A stretch of 64,000 bases of DNA from Candidatus Woykebacteria bacterium (GCA_040876265.1 JBBDPN010000002.1:3954-67953); one strand, 5' to 3'. Counted from the stretch's first letter, positions 29,168 through 43,914 are shown. Numbers and translations are program-made. Notes: generated by a model from the letters alone, not told the origin.

Positions 29168-29422
29168 CCAGGCGAGCAATAGATTTCAAATGAACAACCC
29201 AGCGTTGCTGTTGGGCTAATCATAAAAATGAGACGTGACCTTAGCCCACGACCTGGCTGACTTCAGGCAGGAGTGGTCGCAGACCATGTTACATATAAAT
29301 AGGCCGTGAATCTTAAATAGTGGAATGCTATCTGACAACGATCAAGATAGCAATGCAACTATCGCAGGTCATGGCCAACAAATGAAAAGCCCCGATTTTA
29401 ATCGGGGCTTAACATATTAATA

Positions 29423-29533
29423 CGGCCATGACCTACTTTCCCAGGCCCTGCGGACCAAGTATCATCGGCGCTGCCAGTTTTTACGACCGAGTTCGGGATG
29501 GGATCGGGTAGAGCCCTGGCGCTCCAACGGCCT
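29423..29533 (-). rRNA. rrf: 5S rRNA
   Basis: CCCGATCCCATCCCGAACTCGG...CGCCGATGATACT...GGGAAAGTAGGTC. Ends approximate. Confidence 0.92.
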
Positions 29534-29743
29534 TGAGTTAGTCGTCAGTTGTAAGTTGTAAGCAACTTAACAACTAACCCAAAACCGTTTTTCTTACAAC
29601 TTAGAAATTAAATCTTATAACTAAGTCCTGCACCCTGAAAACTGGATAGAAGTATTTTGGATCTGATGTGATCTTAGAGAACGGAGCACTATTGAAACAA
29701 AGATTTCAATAGTAGCGTAGTTCTCGCAGATCGCAACTGATCC

Positions 29744-32653
<2,910 letters not shown>

Positions 32654-32856
32654 ATTTCATCAGATAACAGTTACCAAGACGTTAACTGCTATCTGACCTT
32701 CTATCCAGTTTTTAAGGTACCATCTTAGATCAAAGATATAAGATGTTAGATGTAAGATATCTTAAAGTCTGACATCTTAAATCTGACATCCATACCTTGG
32801 CTTGCCATGAGCAAGACTTCGACGTTGAGCTCAGTCGAACCGCGCAGAGCGTCGAA

Positions 32857-32933
32857 TGGTGGACCTGGCCGGATTCGAACCGGCGACCTCTGCCTTGCAA
32901 AGGCAGCGCTCTAACCAACTGAGCCACAGGCCC
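32857..32933 (-). tRNA. tRNA-Ala(TGC)
   Basis: Cloverleaf, TT-TGC-AA loop, CCA. Confidence 0.95.
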
Positions 32934-33380
32934 GCGCAAGCACAAGGCGCTATTCTAGCAATATTAAATTTTGGTGTCTAGAGGGAACTTTAGGTTGGAG
33001 GTGAATTACCTACGCTTCTACGAAGTGAGTAAGAAACAAATATAAGTTTTGCGTAAATCACTTGCCTAAAATCCCTCCTGTGAATGATCCTTCGACGCTG
33101 CTCAGGATCACCCCGAGCTTGCCGAAGGGTGAGAATAATTCACTCATCAACCGCAATATAGCACCAATTTGGGCTTCCGTCAAGGTAGAGACAGACCAGT
33201 TAGCACTCTTGAAAAGTGCTTTGCTAATTTTTAGCCCACGCTAGTGGTCGCAGCACGCAAGAGTATCTAAATAATGAGTTTCTAACGAAATTATTTAGTT
33301 ACGGAGCGGGTTTAGCAACAGCGCAGCACGCGGAGTAGCTGGCTTTGAGCGCTAGCGAAACGGCATAAGCTACGAGCGGG

Positions 33381-33707
33381 CTATCTGTGGCTTTCGTTGA
33401 GGATCTTCCAGTTCCAGTTTCTTTTTTTGTTGGAGCCGATTTTCTTGATGATGGCTTTTTCGAGGTCAATTTTCAATGATCCAGAAAGATGTAGTAATCG
33501 TTGGAGTACGTCGCCAAGCTCTTCTTCAAAACCACCTTTGCCTTTAATTTTTTTGTGGCGATAAGCCTCATAAGCTTCGGAGATTTCGCTGTGAAGCAAG
33601 GCTATCTTTTCCGGCACGCTTATATCTTTCCGACTTGTGCCAAAACCTTTTTCCCGGGCTTGTTCCATAACGAGTTCCGTTAATTGTTTCAGGGTAAGAT
33701 TTTTCAC
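33381..33707 (-). CDS. MazG-like NTP pyrophosphohydrolase (in rRNA spacer)
   Basis: LLHSEISEAYEA...EEELGDVL. Confidence 0.8.
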   Translation of the reverse strand: MKNLTLKQLTELVMEQAREKGFGTSRKDISVPEKIALLHSEISEAYEAYRHKKIKGKGGFEEELGDVLQRLLHLSGSLKIDLEKAIIKKIGSNKKRNWNWKILNESHR

Positions 33708-33949
33708 GAAGGTATTATATACCCGTAAATCCAATCGCGAACTTGGTCTGGATCATAAAAACTTCCATTAAGAATAAAATAATGTGTCTTGGGAAATTCA
33801 AGAATAGTGTCATTAATTAATTCAAGCTCGTTTTCTATCGAACCAAAAAAAGATTCGCAGGGTCTTACCCTGTGAGTAAAATGATACCGCCCAAGAGAGT
33901 GTATTTTGATAGTCATATGATTCTCCATGTGAGAAATTTTGGTACCCAT
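33704..33949 (-). CDS. Hypothetical protein (in rRNA spacer)
   Basis: Open frame; TATAAT 6 nt before ATG; stop overlaps the MazG start. Confidence 0.35.
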   Translation of the reverse strand: MGTKISHMENHMTIKIHSLGRYHFTHRVRPCESFFGSIENELELINDTILEFPKTHYFILNGSFYDPDQVRDWIYGYIIPS

Positions 33950-34009
33950 AACTATATTATACAAATCTTATCTGACCCATTGAGTTCATCAAAAAAAAAG
34001 GGGGGGGGA

Positions 34010-34336
34010 TTAAAACAAGGTTTCGGGTTTGACCCTGTGTTTAATCAAGCATTCATTGTAAAAAGCGTTTATTTCATCTGGTGTTTTCAACCCACCTTTT
34101 AACTGGATGTAGCTATAATAATCTGTAATGCCACCAACGTTAGGTATCAATTCCGGCTCGTAAATAGCTGCATTCAAGGGTCTGTTGTCAGCAATTTTCG
34201 CTTTTTTTCTAAATTCGCTTATACAGATTTGCCTTACCTCCACTGGTCTCCATTCAAACCAATAGAAACTACCAATCAAAAATAATGTTATTGAGGCTAA
34301 AGATACTGATAAAAAGATGGTCTTAGATTTGTTCAT
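34010..34336 (-). CDS. Hypothetical N-terminally anchored protein (in rRNA spacer)
   Basis: TM followed by FYWFEWRP....C ... Y..CL..H. Confidence 0.6.
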   Translation of the reverse strand: MNKSKTIFLSVSLASITLFLIGSFYWFEWRPVEVRQICISEFRKKAKIADNRPLNAAIYEPELIPNVGGITDYYSYIQLKGGLKTPDEINAFYNECLIKHRVKPETLF

Positions 34337-34353
34337 AAATATTTTTGAAAATA

Positions 34354-34722
34354 TGGTGGGCGCGGATGGGATAAACCGCTCCATAATTCGAAACTTTCAG
34401 TTTCTTAAGTATTCCCGCGTTTTGCGACCACGCTAAGCGTGGGCTACGAACCTGGGACCCCTACATTAGACGCAACTAAAGCTGCTATCTTTTGCGATTC
34501 ATGGTGCGCGCGCATGGATTCGAACCATGGACCCCTACATTATCAGTGTAGTGCTCTAACCACTGAGCTACGCGCGCAAAAGTGCACCGCTTCGCGTTTC
34601 GCTTTTTCTTACGCAAAAGTCATAGTTGTGCTCTAACCACTGAGCTATCCGCCCAGATTTTCAAAATACAGATCAACGCTCGTACCACTGACCTGCCTGC
34701 CGGCAGGCAGGGCTACGCGCCC
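34354..34722 (-). pseudogene. Nested tRNA-Ile-like fragments surrounding the intact tRNA-Ile
   Basis: 5' pieces at ~34671..34722 and 34628..34654; 3' pieces at 34447..34468 and 34354..34371. Confidence 0.7.
34502..34577 (-). tRNA. tRNA-Ile(GAT)
   Basis: Cloverleaf, CT-GAT-AA loop, CCA. Confidence 0.95.
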
Positions 34723-34994
34723 AAATCGAGTTCAAATTCTAGCATAAACGCAAAAACCCCGCAACGTACGGGGTTTTCCAATTAATGTAATCCTTCGATC
34801 ATCTCAGGATTTTGCTTCGCTCAACAACTCAACATGTAGCAAGAACGAACGTCCTTCCACCAAAGTGGTGGGTGACTTAGTCTTGCCGTGAGAGCAAGAC
34901 CATAGAGCCATAAATATCGTAGCTCTGATTGCTCCTTTTGTCTCCCATACTTGGCAACCCTCCGATTTAATCGGAGTTTACCTAAATATAAAAA

Positions 34995-36492
<1,498 letters not shown>

Positions 36493-36864
36493 GATCGCTC
36501 CGTACTTCCCCACTCTTTGTAAAGGGCGGGTTCGGTACTCTCGCGTTCTGCGCTCTGCAAAGCAGAGCTTAGAAAAGTTGATCAGTTGTTCAGAATTGAC
36601 GTTCTTTTCCTACTTACATTGTCCTTGCGGCAACTGTAAGAAGGGTTCTTGCTACATGTTGAATTGTCCTCCGATTTGATCGGAGAGCAATTTGTTAAAT
36701 TGTCAAAGTGCTTGATTGGTATGTTCTCCAACGAAAAAGAGCTGGCACAAACCGAGCTCTTGCAAAGGGTCCAAATGTGCACTCAAAAATAAGTTTACAT
36801 ACCAATTCTCATTTCCGAACTCATTTTAGTTTAAAAATTATACTCTGTCAAGGGACAGCGGGTA

Positions 36865-37281
36865 TTATTTCGCCAGGTATTTCTTCTTTATCATCTTGGC
36901 CTCGTATTCGATCGATTGCTGGGGAATATTTCGCCGATATTGGTCCAAAAAGAAAGCTACCCAACCGGCGGAAATAAGGACAAAAACCAGCTCAAACGCC
37001 CGCACTCCCAAAAAATCAATTCCCTGCCACCTAAATAAACTAAATATTGCTCCCAGGCTGCCAAGAATCAGTAGCCCAACCGCTAAAGGGCGGAAGATTT
37101 TGTTTTTTGGTGGGTAGTGGCCAACCACAATTCGGTTGTAAACGAGGAACGCTATACCAAGCACGACTATTACAAAGAAGATACCCAGAAGCAATATAAG
37201 TTCGGAGATGGAACCCACACCGGGATTACGTAACCAAAATGCAAATTGTAAAAATGGTATATCTTTGATAGTGTTTAACAT
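36865..37281 (-). CDS. Hypothetical 3-TM membrane protein
   Basis: Three hydrophobic segments, ends KKKYL. Confidence 0.65.
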   Translation of the reverse strand: MLNTIKDIPFLQFAFWLRNPGVGSISELILLLGIFFVIVVLGIAFLVYNRIVVGHYPPKNKIFRPLAVGLLILGSLGAIFSLFRWQGIDFLGVRAFELVFVLISAGWVAFFLDQYRRNIPQQSIEYEAKMIKKKYLAK

Positions 37282-37425
37282 ATATTGTAGTGGTTAGGTT
37301 ATATATAACCTAAATATATCTTTCTAATGTATTAGATAACTTTCCTTAGCCATTGTTAGTGGTCGCGGAGCGCAAGAATACCTAAATCATCGAATTCAAC
37401 CCCGATAAAATCGGGGCCAACGAGA

Positions 37426-38613
37426 TTATTTAGGTATGACGCGATCTATAGTCGCTCCACCAATAACTCTATCACCTTGGTAAAAAACTGCCGCTTGTCC
37501 CGGGGTGATCGCCCTTTCGGTCTGTTCTAACGCCACTTCTACTTCACCACTAGCCCCTTTGTGCAACTGCGCTGGAACATTTTGGGCACGGTAGCGCATC
37601 TTTACCTCTACTTTAACTGGATATTTAGGCTCCTGTCCTTGTACCCAACTAAGATCGGTTGCAGCGAATTTATCCTTGAAAAGCGCTAGGTGTCCAAAAG
37701 GCGCTACGATCAATTTATTAGTCTTTGTATCCTTACCTGCCACGTAAAAAGGTACGGAGGCAGATACACCTAGACCCTCACGCTGACCAATAGTGTAGAA
37801 GGCTAGCCCTATGTGTTTGCCTAGCACTTCTCCCTCGATACTGACAATATCACCGTGCTTTTTATTTATTTGTTGCAGTAAAAATTCTCTTATCCGTGCG
37901 GGGCCGACAAAACAAATCCCAGTACTGTCGGGTTTGCTAGCCGTGGGGAGATTAAACTTTTTGGCCAGTTGCCTGACCTTCTTCTTTGTAAGATCCCCCA
38001 GCGGAAAAATCGTTTGGGAAAGTTGTGCCTGGCCCAATAGGTAAAGGAAATAGGATTGATCCTTTGCACGATCAAATCCTGCGAGCAGTTGGTACTGCTC
38101 TAAGGATTGATCCTTGTCTTTATCGATTCCAGTCGCCAGTGACCCGTTGCCAGAATTCTGATCCCTAGTCTCTGGTGTCTGGTATCTGACGCGTGCATAG
38201 TGTCCAGTCGCTATGTAGTCAAACCCCAGCTCCAAGGCTTTTTCTAGAAACAGGCCAAATTTAATTTCCTTGTTACACATTACGTCCGGATTGGGGGTAC
38301 GACCAGCTTCGTATTCCTTATAAAAATAGTCTATAACCGTGTCGCGGTACTTCCTTTCAAAATCAAAGACGTGAAATGGGATTTCTAGCGTTGCTGCTAC
38401 TTTAGCAGCGTCTGCTTGATCCACTTCGGCGCTGCAATATGGTCCTTCGCTCCAGCAGCGCATGTACGCTCCCTCCACAGCGTAACCAGCCTTTTTCAGC
38501 AATGCAGCCGCCACAGAGCTATCCACCCCACCGCTCAAAGCTACAAGGACACGCTTCTTACTTGTGTCTTTGTGTTTATATGAAGTTCTGATTTGCCCAT
38601 TCAGTCTTGTCAT
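37426..38613 (-). CDS. mnmA: tRNA 2-thiouridine synthase MnmA
   Basis: SGGVDSS, TPNPDVMCN, ATGHYA, KDQSYFL, TPGQAAVFY. Confidence 0.97.
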   Translation of the reverse strand: MTRLNGQIRTSYKHKDTSKKRVLVALSGGVDSSVAAALLKKAGYAVEGAYMRCWSEGPYCSAEVDQADAAKVAATLEIPFHVFDFERKYRDTVIDYFYKEYEAGRTPNPDVMCNKEIKFGLFLEKALELGFDYIATGHYARVRYQTPETRDQNSGNGSLATGIDKDKDQSLEQYQLLAGFDRAKDQSYFLYLLGQAQLSQTIFPLGDLTKKKVRQLAKKFNLPTASKPDSTGICFVGPARIREFLLQQINKKHGDIVSIEGEVLGKHIGLAFYTIGQREGLGVSASVPFYVAGKDTKTNKLIVAPFGHLALFKDKFAATDLSWVQGQEPKYPVKVEVKMRYRAQNVPAQLHKGASGEVEVALEQTERAITPGQAAVFYQGDRVIGGATIDRVIPK

Positions 38614-38614
38614 A

Positions 38615-38711
38615 AGTGACTAGTTTCTAGAGACTAGAGACCAGAAACTGATCAAGTTTAACAAAAATTAGGCCTAGAATCTAGTTGCCAGAGACTAGAG
38701 ACCAGATACTA
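38615..38711. repeat. Heptamer array (YAGAGAC-type) upstream of the four-helix-bundle gene
   Basis: tagtttc tagagac tagagac cagaaac ... cagagac tagagac cagatac. Inverted array at 39093..39127. Confidence 0.7.
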
Positions 38712-38728
38712 TGCTAAAATATTTGACC

Positions 38729-39091
38729 ATGAAAGAGAATAAGGGCTACAGAAATTTAAAAGCTTGGCAAAGAGCAAGTGAACTCGCGCACAAAATTTAC
38801 GATGTCACGGATAAATTCCCGCGATCAGAACTTTTTGCTCTAACCTCGCAAATGAGGCGGGCATCAGTATCAGTTCCTGCGAATATTGCAGAAGGTTACA
38901 GTAGGAAAAGTATCAAAGAAAAAAGACATTTTTATACTATTTCACTTTCTTCCTTAACAGAACTTGAATTCTACATTGATTTTACCTTCGAGAGGAAATA
39001 TTACAACCAATCCACTTACGCTAGCCTTACGGATTTGCAAACCGAAACCGCTAAGATATTAACCGGTCTGATAAATTCTTTCAGACGCTAA
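38729..39091 (+). CDS. Four-helix-bundle protein (23S rRNA IVP / bAvd-like family)
   Basis: YRNLKAWQ...FPRSELFALTSQMRRASVSVPANIAEG. Confidence 0.9.
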   Translation: MKENKGYRNLKAWQRASELAHKIYDVTDKFPRSELFALTSQMRRASVSVPANIAEGYSRKSIKEKRHFYTISLSSLTELEFYIDFTFERKYYNQSTYASLTDLQTETAKILTGLINSFRR

Positions 39092-39135
39092 TTGCTGGTC
39101 CCTGGAAGCTGGTCTCTAATTGCTAGCCCTTCGGG

Positions 39136-41439
39136 CTACGGCGCAACTTCACGGTAGATCACGTTTGTATCACCGGCAATATCCTGGAAAAGCCACAAGT
39201 ATTTGGGTTCGTAATTAACGACCTCAGCAGCCTGGTTAAGATTATCAGAGTCTAGATCTCTTTCAAATTTTAATGTCCCACCGCCAAACCCACCTACCAC
39301 CGCACCGTTTATCACCAACTGCTCCTCATTCCCGCCAGTACCATTAGAATCAAAATCGCCGTCAAAGATAAAGAAACCGTCCACCTCATCTACATCCGCG
39401 TCAATAATCAAATTGCCATTCACAATAAATATTATCCCCGTACCCGCTGCAATTTCCATGTTTTCCCGTATATTCATATCTCCTTTTACAAATACTACTG
39501 CTGGCAAACCATCATACCCCACCGTATTCCAAGAGGCGGCATTTATTGTCAAACTACCGCCTGAGAATTCGACAATCCTGCAATTAGCCGTGACTTTAGG
39601 TTTGATGTCTGTAGGTGCCACACCGCTAAATGATCCGCAGACATCGTATTTTGCTCTGAGGACGTCATAGATAGAGCCGCTGACTGGTTCCAAACCGCCG
39701 TAATCGTTTATCTTCCACTTTGCCACAAAGTTACCGTCAATTAGTGTGCTATCTTGTTGAATGACCAAATACTCTGCGTTAAACTCTCCTGCTCCAGCCG
39801 ATGGACTATCAAGATTTCTGGCGATCGGCCCTATTGGCCCGATAGAACCTACGTCTCCCTCCGTAGTCTTCAGCCACGGCTTCGCCGGGTTTTCTATAAC
39901 AATACTACCTTCTGGAATAGGAACGTTAGACTGGCCAAACATTAAGATAGCGCATGGTGTTAACTCAATGTTTGGCGTTATTACTCCATCACCATTCGAA
40001 TCACAATCTACATCCAGATCCCAGGTAGAAGCTATTCGAGCGTCATCAACCGGAAAGGTGTTTCCACTTTCCGTGATACATTTGCCAAAAGTTTCGTTTG
40101 TGCCGGTCGCCTCACAAAATACAGTTTTACTTGCTTGGTGGATTTGGGCTTTAAATGAGATACAAACGTTAATATCTGAACCAATTTCACTTACAGTAAT
40201 CAGAAATCCTTTATTACCGACCAAGGATTTTTTTGTATTCGGCCACGGACTTTTAGACGGGTCCAAACAGTTATAAACTTGAATATCAGCTGCAGAAGTA
40301 GCGACTATCTTTTCGAAAACATTGGGATTTACCGTATCTAATACCTGATATGAAGCAGTAGACTTTATTTCATTTGCTATCTCTTGGTAAATTTGGTTCA
40401 GCTTTGTCGGATCATCCCCAAAGTAATAGTGGTCTGGGTTATCAAGATCATTTATTGACGAGCTATTGCTGGTGTTCCAAACCATTATACAATTATCGGC
40501 TGGGTCGGGCCTTTGCTGGTCTGTTCTACAAGCAATATCCTTCAGGATCATCTCGCCGCTTGTTTGGCTGCCAGGGATATTAGGAATATCCGGACAACCA
40601 ACACAATCACTATTTATATTTTTTGTGTCATTGATTTCGTTACTTATACCAACCGTAAATATCACAATCCCATTGTCTATCGCTGTTTGTAGGATATTGT
40701 TTTGGTACGGACTGGGAGGTTCGTTTTGTACCCCATCGGAAGCTAGTACAATGTATTTATTTACGTTATCGCGAGAAGTGCTTGGAGTTGGGCTGCTGGG
40801 GGGAGGCAAAGGTGGTGGGTTTACTAAGTTTAACAATTCTTTATTAGCCAGGTCTAAACCTGAACCTATAGGTGTGTTGGTTTCAGTAACCATAGAATCA
40901 ATGGTGTTTTTTATAGCTGTCTTATTTGCTACCGTCATATTAGTTATAGGAAAGTTAAGTCTTGCACAAACACTGGCAACAAAACAGTTACCCCCAATGG
41001 TGCCTTTTAATTCTGAAAATGTAACCAGCCCGGTGTAATCTCCAGGATCAGTTAGCCCTCCATCCTCTTTCGTGTTGTCCACAAAAAGTTTCAATGCATT
41101 TTTTGCTGCAACCAGCCTAGTAGCACCAGCTGGAGGAGGGAAGGGGCTATTCATACTACCAGATTGGTCCATCACCAACATCGTATCTGCCGGGTCTCTT
41201 AACTCCTCGTTACAGCCAGGCAGTTTGATAGTTATTTCCACTATATCTCCGGGCTCTATGTCTTGCCCTATCGGTATAGATCCGACATCTTTCGTGAGCG
41301 TTGGTGAGCAACCGCCACTACCGCCTTGGGCAGACGTCCCGGTACTGTTTGTTAGGAAAAAAATTACAAGAGAGGCAAAAATAAATAATATCGTTAGCAG
41401 AAAAATTCTTAGTGTCAGCAATTTCTTTAAATTACCCAT
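39136..41439 (-). CDS. Secreted vWA-domain protein (adhesin / pilus-tip-like)
   Basis: MIDAS DQSGS...TPIG...SDG; C-terminal GDMNI...GNLII...L.INGAV...YEPKYL. Confidence 0.75.
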   Translation of the reverse strand: MGNLKKLLTLRIFLLTILFIFASLVIFFLTNSTGTSAQGGSGGCSPTLTKDVGSIPIGQDIEPGDIVEITIKLPGCNEELRDPADTMLVMDQSGSMNSPFPPPAGATRLVAAKNALKLFVDNTKEDGGLTDPGDYTGLVTFSELKGTIGGNCFVASVCARLNFPITNMTVANKTAIKNTIDSMVTETNTPIGSGLDLANKELLNLVNPPPLPPPSSPTPSTSRDNVNKYIVLASDGVQNEPPSPYQNNILQTAIDNGIVIFTVGISNEINDTKNINSDCVGCPDIPNIPGSQTSGEMILKDIACRTDQQRPDPADNCIMVWNTSNSSSINDLDNPDHYYFGDDPTKLNQIYQEIANEIKSTASYQVLDTVNPNVFEKIVATSAADIQVYNCLDPSKSPWPNTKKSLVGNKGFLITVSEIGSDINVCISFKAQIHQASKTVFCEATGTNETFGKCITESGNTFPVDDARIASTWDLDVDCDSNGDGVITPNIELTPCAILMFGQSNVPIPEGSIVIENPAKPWLKTTEGDVGSIGPIGPIARNLDSPSAGAGEFNAEYLVIQQDSTLIDGNFVAKWKINDYGGLEPVSGSIYDVLRAKYDVCGSFSGVAPTDIKPKVTANCRIVEFSGGSLTINAASWNTVGYDGLPAVVFVKGDMNIRENMEIAAGTGIIFIVNGNLIIDADVDEVDGFFIFDGDFDSNGTGGNEEQLVINGAVVGGFGGGTLKFERDLDSDNLNQAAEVVNYEPKYLWLFQDIAGDTNVIYREVAP

Positions 41440-41442
41440 AAA

Positions 41443-42189
41443 CTAATCCCACTCTCCTTCTTCAGTGGTCAAGCCAGAGTTCTTTAAGCCTTCAAAGCCG
41501 TCTTTTACCACGTAGATCTTGCCTTGATTTTTGTAATTCACTCTACCAGATTGCCCATTCTGCCAAATATCATCTGCAGCTCCTTTTGCTAAATCGTACC
41601 CATGCTGGCCTGAATAAACTACCACCACCACGTCCTCAATCGGATAAAATTCATCCTCTGCTCTGTTTGCCGGTAGACTCCCGGAACCTCTAAGGTGTTC
41701 CTTGGCGTAATCGTCACGGCTGCGGACATCCAGCAAATATATTTTTGCCGTTGGCCATACTGCCAAACCACCTTCCTGGAGTTCCTTGATTTTTGCGCCT
41801 TGCTCCAGCCTCAGCTGCCAAGCGCTTACCACTCGTACTGGCCGAAAGAAAAAATCATAAGCGAAATACCCCACCACGAGAGCTGCTATGATCACTACTA
41901 TCCCAACAGCCAATGCTTTTGGTGATTTTATCTTGAATGATTTGAGGCTCAGGTTAAATGTAAATGTTGGAAGTGCAGGTTTCTTCTGATTAGAAGCGGC
42001 GGGCTTGGCCTCGGTTGTTTTTTCTGATTTTTCCTCCGGAGCCTTTATCGTCGGCAGCCCAAGTGATTTAAAGTACTTGAGAAGGGCTGGGAGGGTAAAG
42101 GCAAGTGCGATGACCACCGCCAGAGCAGCTACGATAATTAATACTGTCGGATCATTTTGTAAATTCTCTAAAAAGCTTTCCACTTGCAC
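41443..42189 (-). CDS. Membrane protein with rhodanese-like domain
   Basis: LLDVRSRDDYAKEHLRGS. Catalytic Cys absent (VVYSG). Confidence 0.65.
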   Translation of the reverse strand: MQVESFLENLQNDPTVLIIVAALAVVIALAFTLPALLKYFKSLGLPTIKAPEEKSEKTTEAKPAASNQKKPALPTFTFNLSLKSFKIKSPKALAVGIVVIIAALVVGYFAYDFFFRPVRVVSAWQLRLEQGAKIKELQEGGLAVWPTAKIYLLDVRSRDDYAKEHLRGSGSLPANRAEDEFYPIEDVVVVVYSGQHGYDLAKGAADDIWQNGQSGRVNYKNQGKIYVVKDGFEGLKNSGLTTEEGEWD

Positions 42190-42467
42190 TCTTTCGTTGC
42201 AAACCTAAAGAGCGCTCCCCGAAGCCTCGTGCGAAGGGGAGGCAGGCAACCAGCGGCAATAAATACTAATAACCGCTTTAAGTTCAATTATATTCGTGGC
42301 CACTCATCTGTGTCAACTCGTTCAGATAAAATCCGAATGTCAAAGCACAGCATCGTGCTAATTTGAAATTTTCAATTTACAATTTTCAGTGAATTTTCAA
42401 TGTTTTAAAATTTAAATTTGAATGAAAATTAAGAAATAAAAATTGAAATTTCTAGCCATCTTGATGG

Positions 42468-43052
42468 CTAGAATGTGGCTAATCCGAAGAAACTAAAGAT
42501 GAAATAGATAATGGTGATGGTCAAGAAAGTGCCGATGGTAATTTCGGTAATATCGTGCGCCTTTAGGTAAAACCGTGACCAAGCCACCAGAGGTAAAAGT
42601 AGGACCAAATAAAAGAGCTCCACCGATACAGCTAGTATCGCAGTGATCACCATTACCGTAACAAGCTCCATGTGAACTGAAATTTTGAAAGTAGAAGCTA
42701 AAAGTAAGTTAACCACGCCCAAAGCGAGAAATACCAACCCTAGAGCTACTATCAACCGCGGTGCCTCGAAGTAAAAAGCCGCTAGAGAAGCTACCGATGC
42801 CAGTAAAACCCAAGCGATATACGCGTTTCTTCTCTCTGCTCCCTTTGGTGACCAAAGTGAGGAAACCTTTCCTTTTTTATATTGGTAGTAAAGTACTGCG
42901 GCCGGCAGTGCCGCCACGAAAAAGGTAACTATCGCCAAAAGTACTTTTGCTGAAACTGAAATTTGCTGAACGGAAATGGCCAAGATAGCGGTAACAAAAG
43001 CAGTAAAAACCGGATTGAATATCTTTGTTACCGCAGCGGCAAAGAGGTGCAT
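42468..43052 (-). CDS. PAP2-like membrane protein
   Basis: KISVH, WSRFYLKAH. Confidence 0.65.
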   Translation of the reverse strand: MHLFAAAVTKIFNPVFTAFVTAILAISVQQISVSAKVLLAIVTFFVAALPAAVLYYQYKKGKVSSLWSPKGAERRNAYIAWVLLASVASLAAFYFEAPRLIVALGLVFLALGVVNLLLASTFKISVHMELVTVMVITAILAVSVELFYLVLLLPLVAWSRFYLKAHDITEITIGTFLTITIIYFIFSFFGLATF

Positions 43053-43070
43053 GACCCAATTTTATCATAT

Positions 43071-43242
43071 CCGCCTTACGAGCACAGCCGTCTTGGACTG
43101 GCAAAAATGCGAAGAGGAAACGGAAACTGAACCTGAGCTTGTCGAAGGTGAATTTCCGAGGAAGTCCCGAGTATGTTTGCCTCAGTTCAAAGGCTAGCGC
43201 AGTCGGCGGCCGCTTTGGTGCCACCTTTGCGGCCAAAGGTGG
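43071..43242. repeat. MITE-like repeat family A, copy 2
   Basis: Shares AACTGAACCTGAGCTTGTCGAAGGTGAATT..GAGGAAGTCCC and the terminal hairpin with 46095..46265. Confidence 0.75.
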
Positions 43243-43262
43243 CAAAGAAAATTACTCTTAGA

Positions 43263-43541
43263 TTAATATCTGACTTCAAAGCCGCGAAACTCGCTGGTTG
43301 CTTTTTCCCAGCTGGTTTCGACCCTTTCTACTTTTGCAAAAGATGGTCCTTGTTTCACCCACTGGACCAACTGCGCGAGTTTCTCTTTTTCTCCCTCGGC
43401 CACTATTTGCACGCTACCATCGGAAGCATTCATCACCCAGCCGCGCAGGTCTAGATCTTGGGCTGTTTCAACCGTCCGAAAACGAAAACCCACCCCATGC
43501 ACGTCTCCTATTACTTTGATCGAGATTCGCATTTGATCCAT
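43263..43541 (-). CDS. acyP: Acylphosphatase
   Basis: GDVHGVGFR, GWVMNASDGSV. Confidence 0.9.
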   Translation of the reverse strand: MDQMRISIKVIGDVHGVGFRFRTVETAQDLDLRGWVMNASDGSVQIVAEGEKEKLAQLVQWVKQGPSFAKVERVETSWEKATSEFRGFEVRY

Positions 43542-43914
43542 TTTGTGTAGATTATAGCAGTGGAAGGGTAGATAACATTAGAAAAACAGAAGGGTCCCGG
43601 CACGCTGGCTGCGTGTTGGTCCGAGACCCTGACGTTTTAACCAAATTGGTTTTTATTTTTTCGGTGCCAAAGGGTCCTTACGGACTCGCTCTGGCGTAGA
43701 CCATGTACATCCCTCCTCTCAGGGCTCAGCAGCCTTTCGCTTCGACCTCTCCTACCTAGATGGTTACTAGACTCGGAGCGCTGCTGGCAAGTGATTGGCC
43801 CTTCCGTGACCTGTGGTCAGGGAAGGTGGCGGATCCCGATCGCTCAGAACCGGCTGGTTGACTTGTCGTGACACCGGTTAGACGGGCTTCGGGATCTGGC
43901 GTCGGCGCCGTCGA

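Noticed and set aside
33200-33227. Second CIRCE-like site TTAGCACTC...TTTGCTAA
   Set aside because: Spacing and right arm are off-consensus, and no heat-shock gene is nearby.
33991-34008. A9G9 homopolymer as a phase-variation switch
   Set aside because: It is intergenic and not clearly inside a promoter spacer, with no supporting evidence.
38729-39091. DGR suggested by the bAvd-like protein
   Set aside because: No reverse transcriptase and no TR/VR pair with adenine-specific mismatches was seen.
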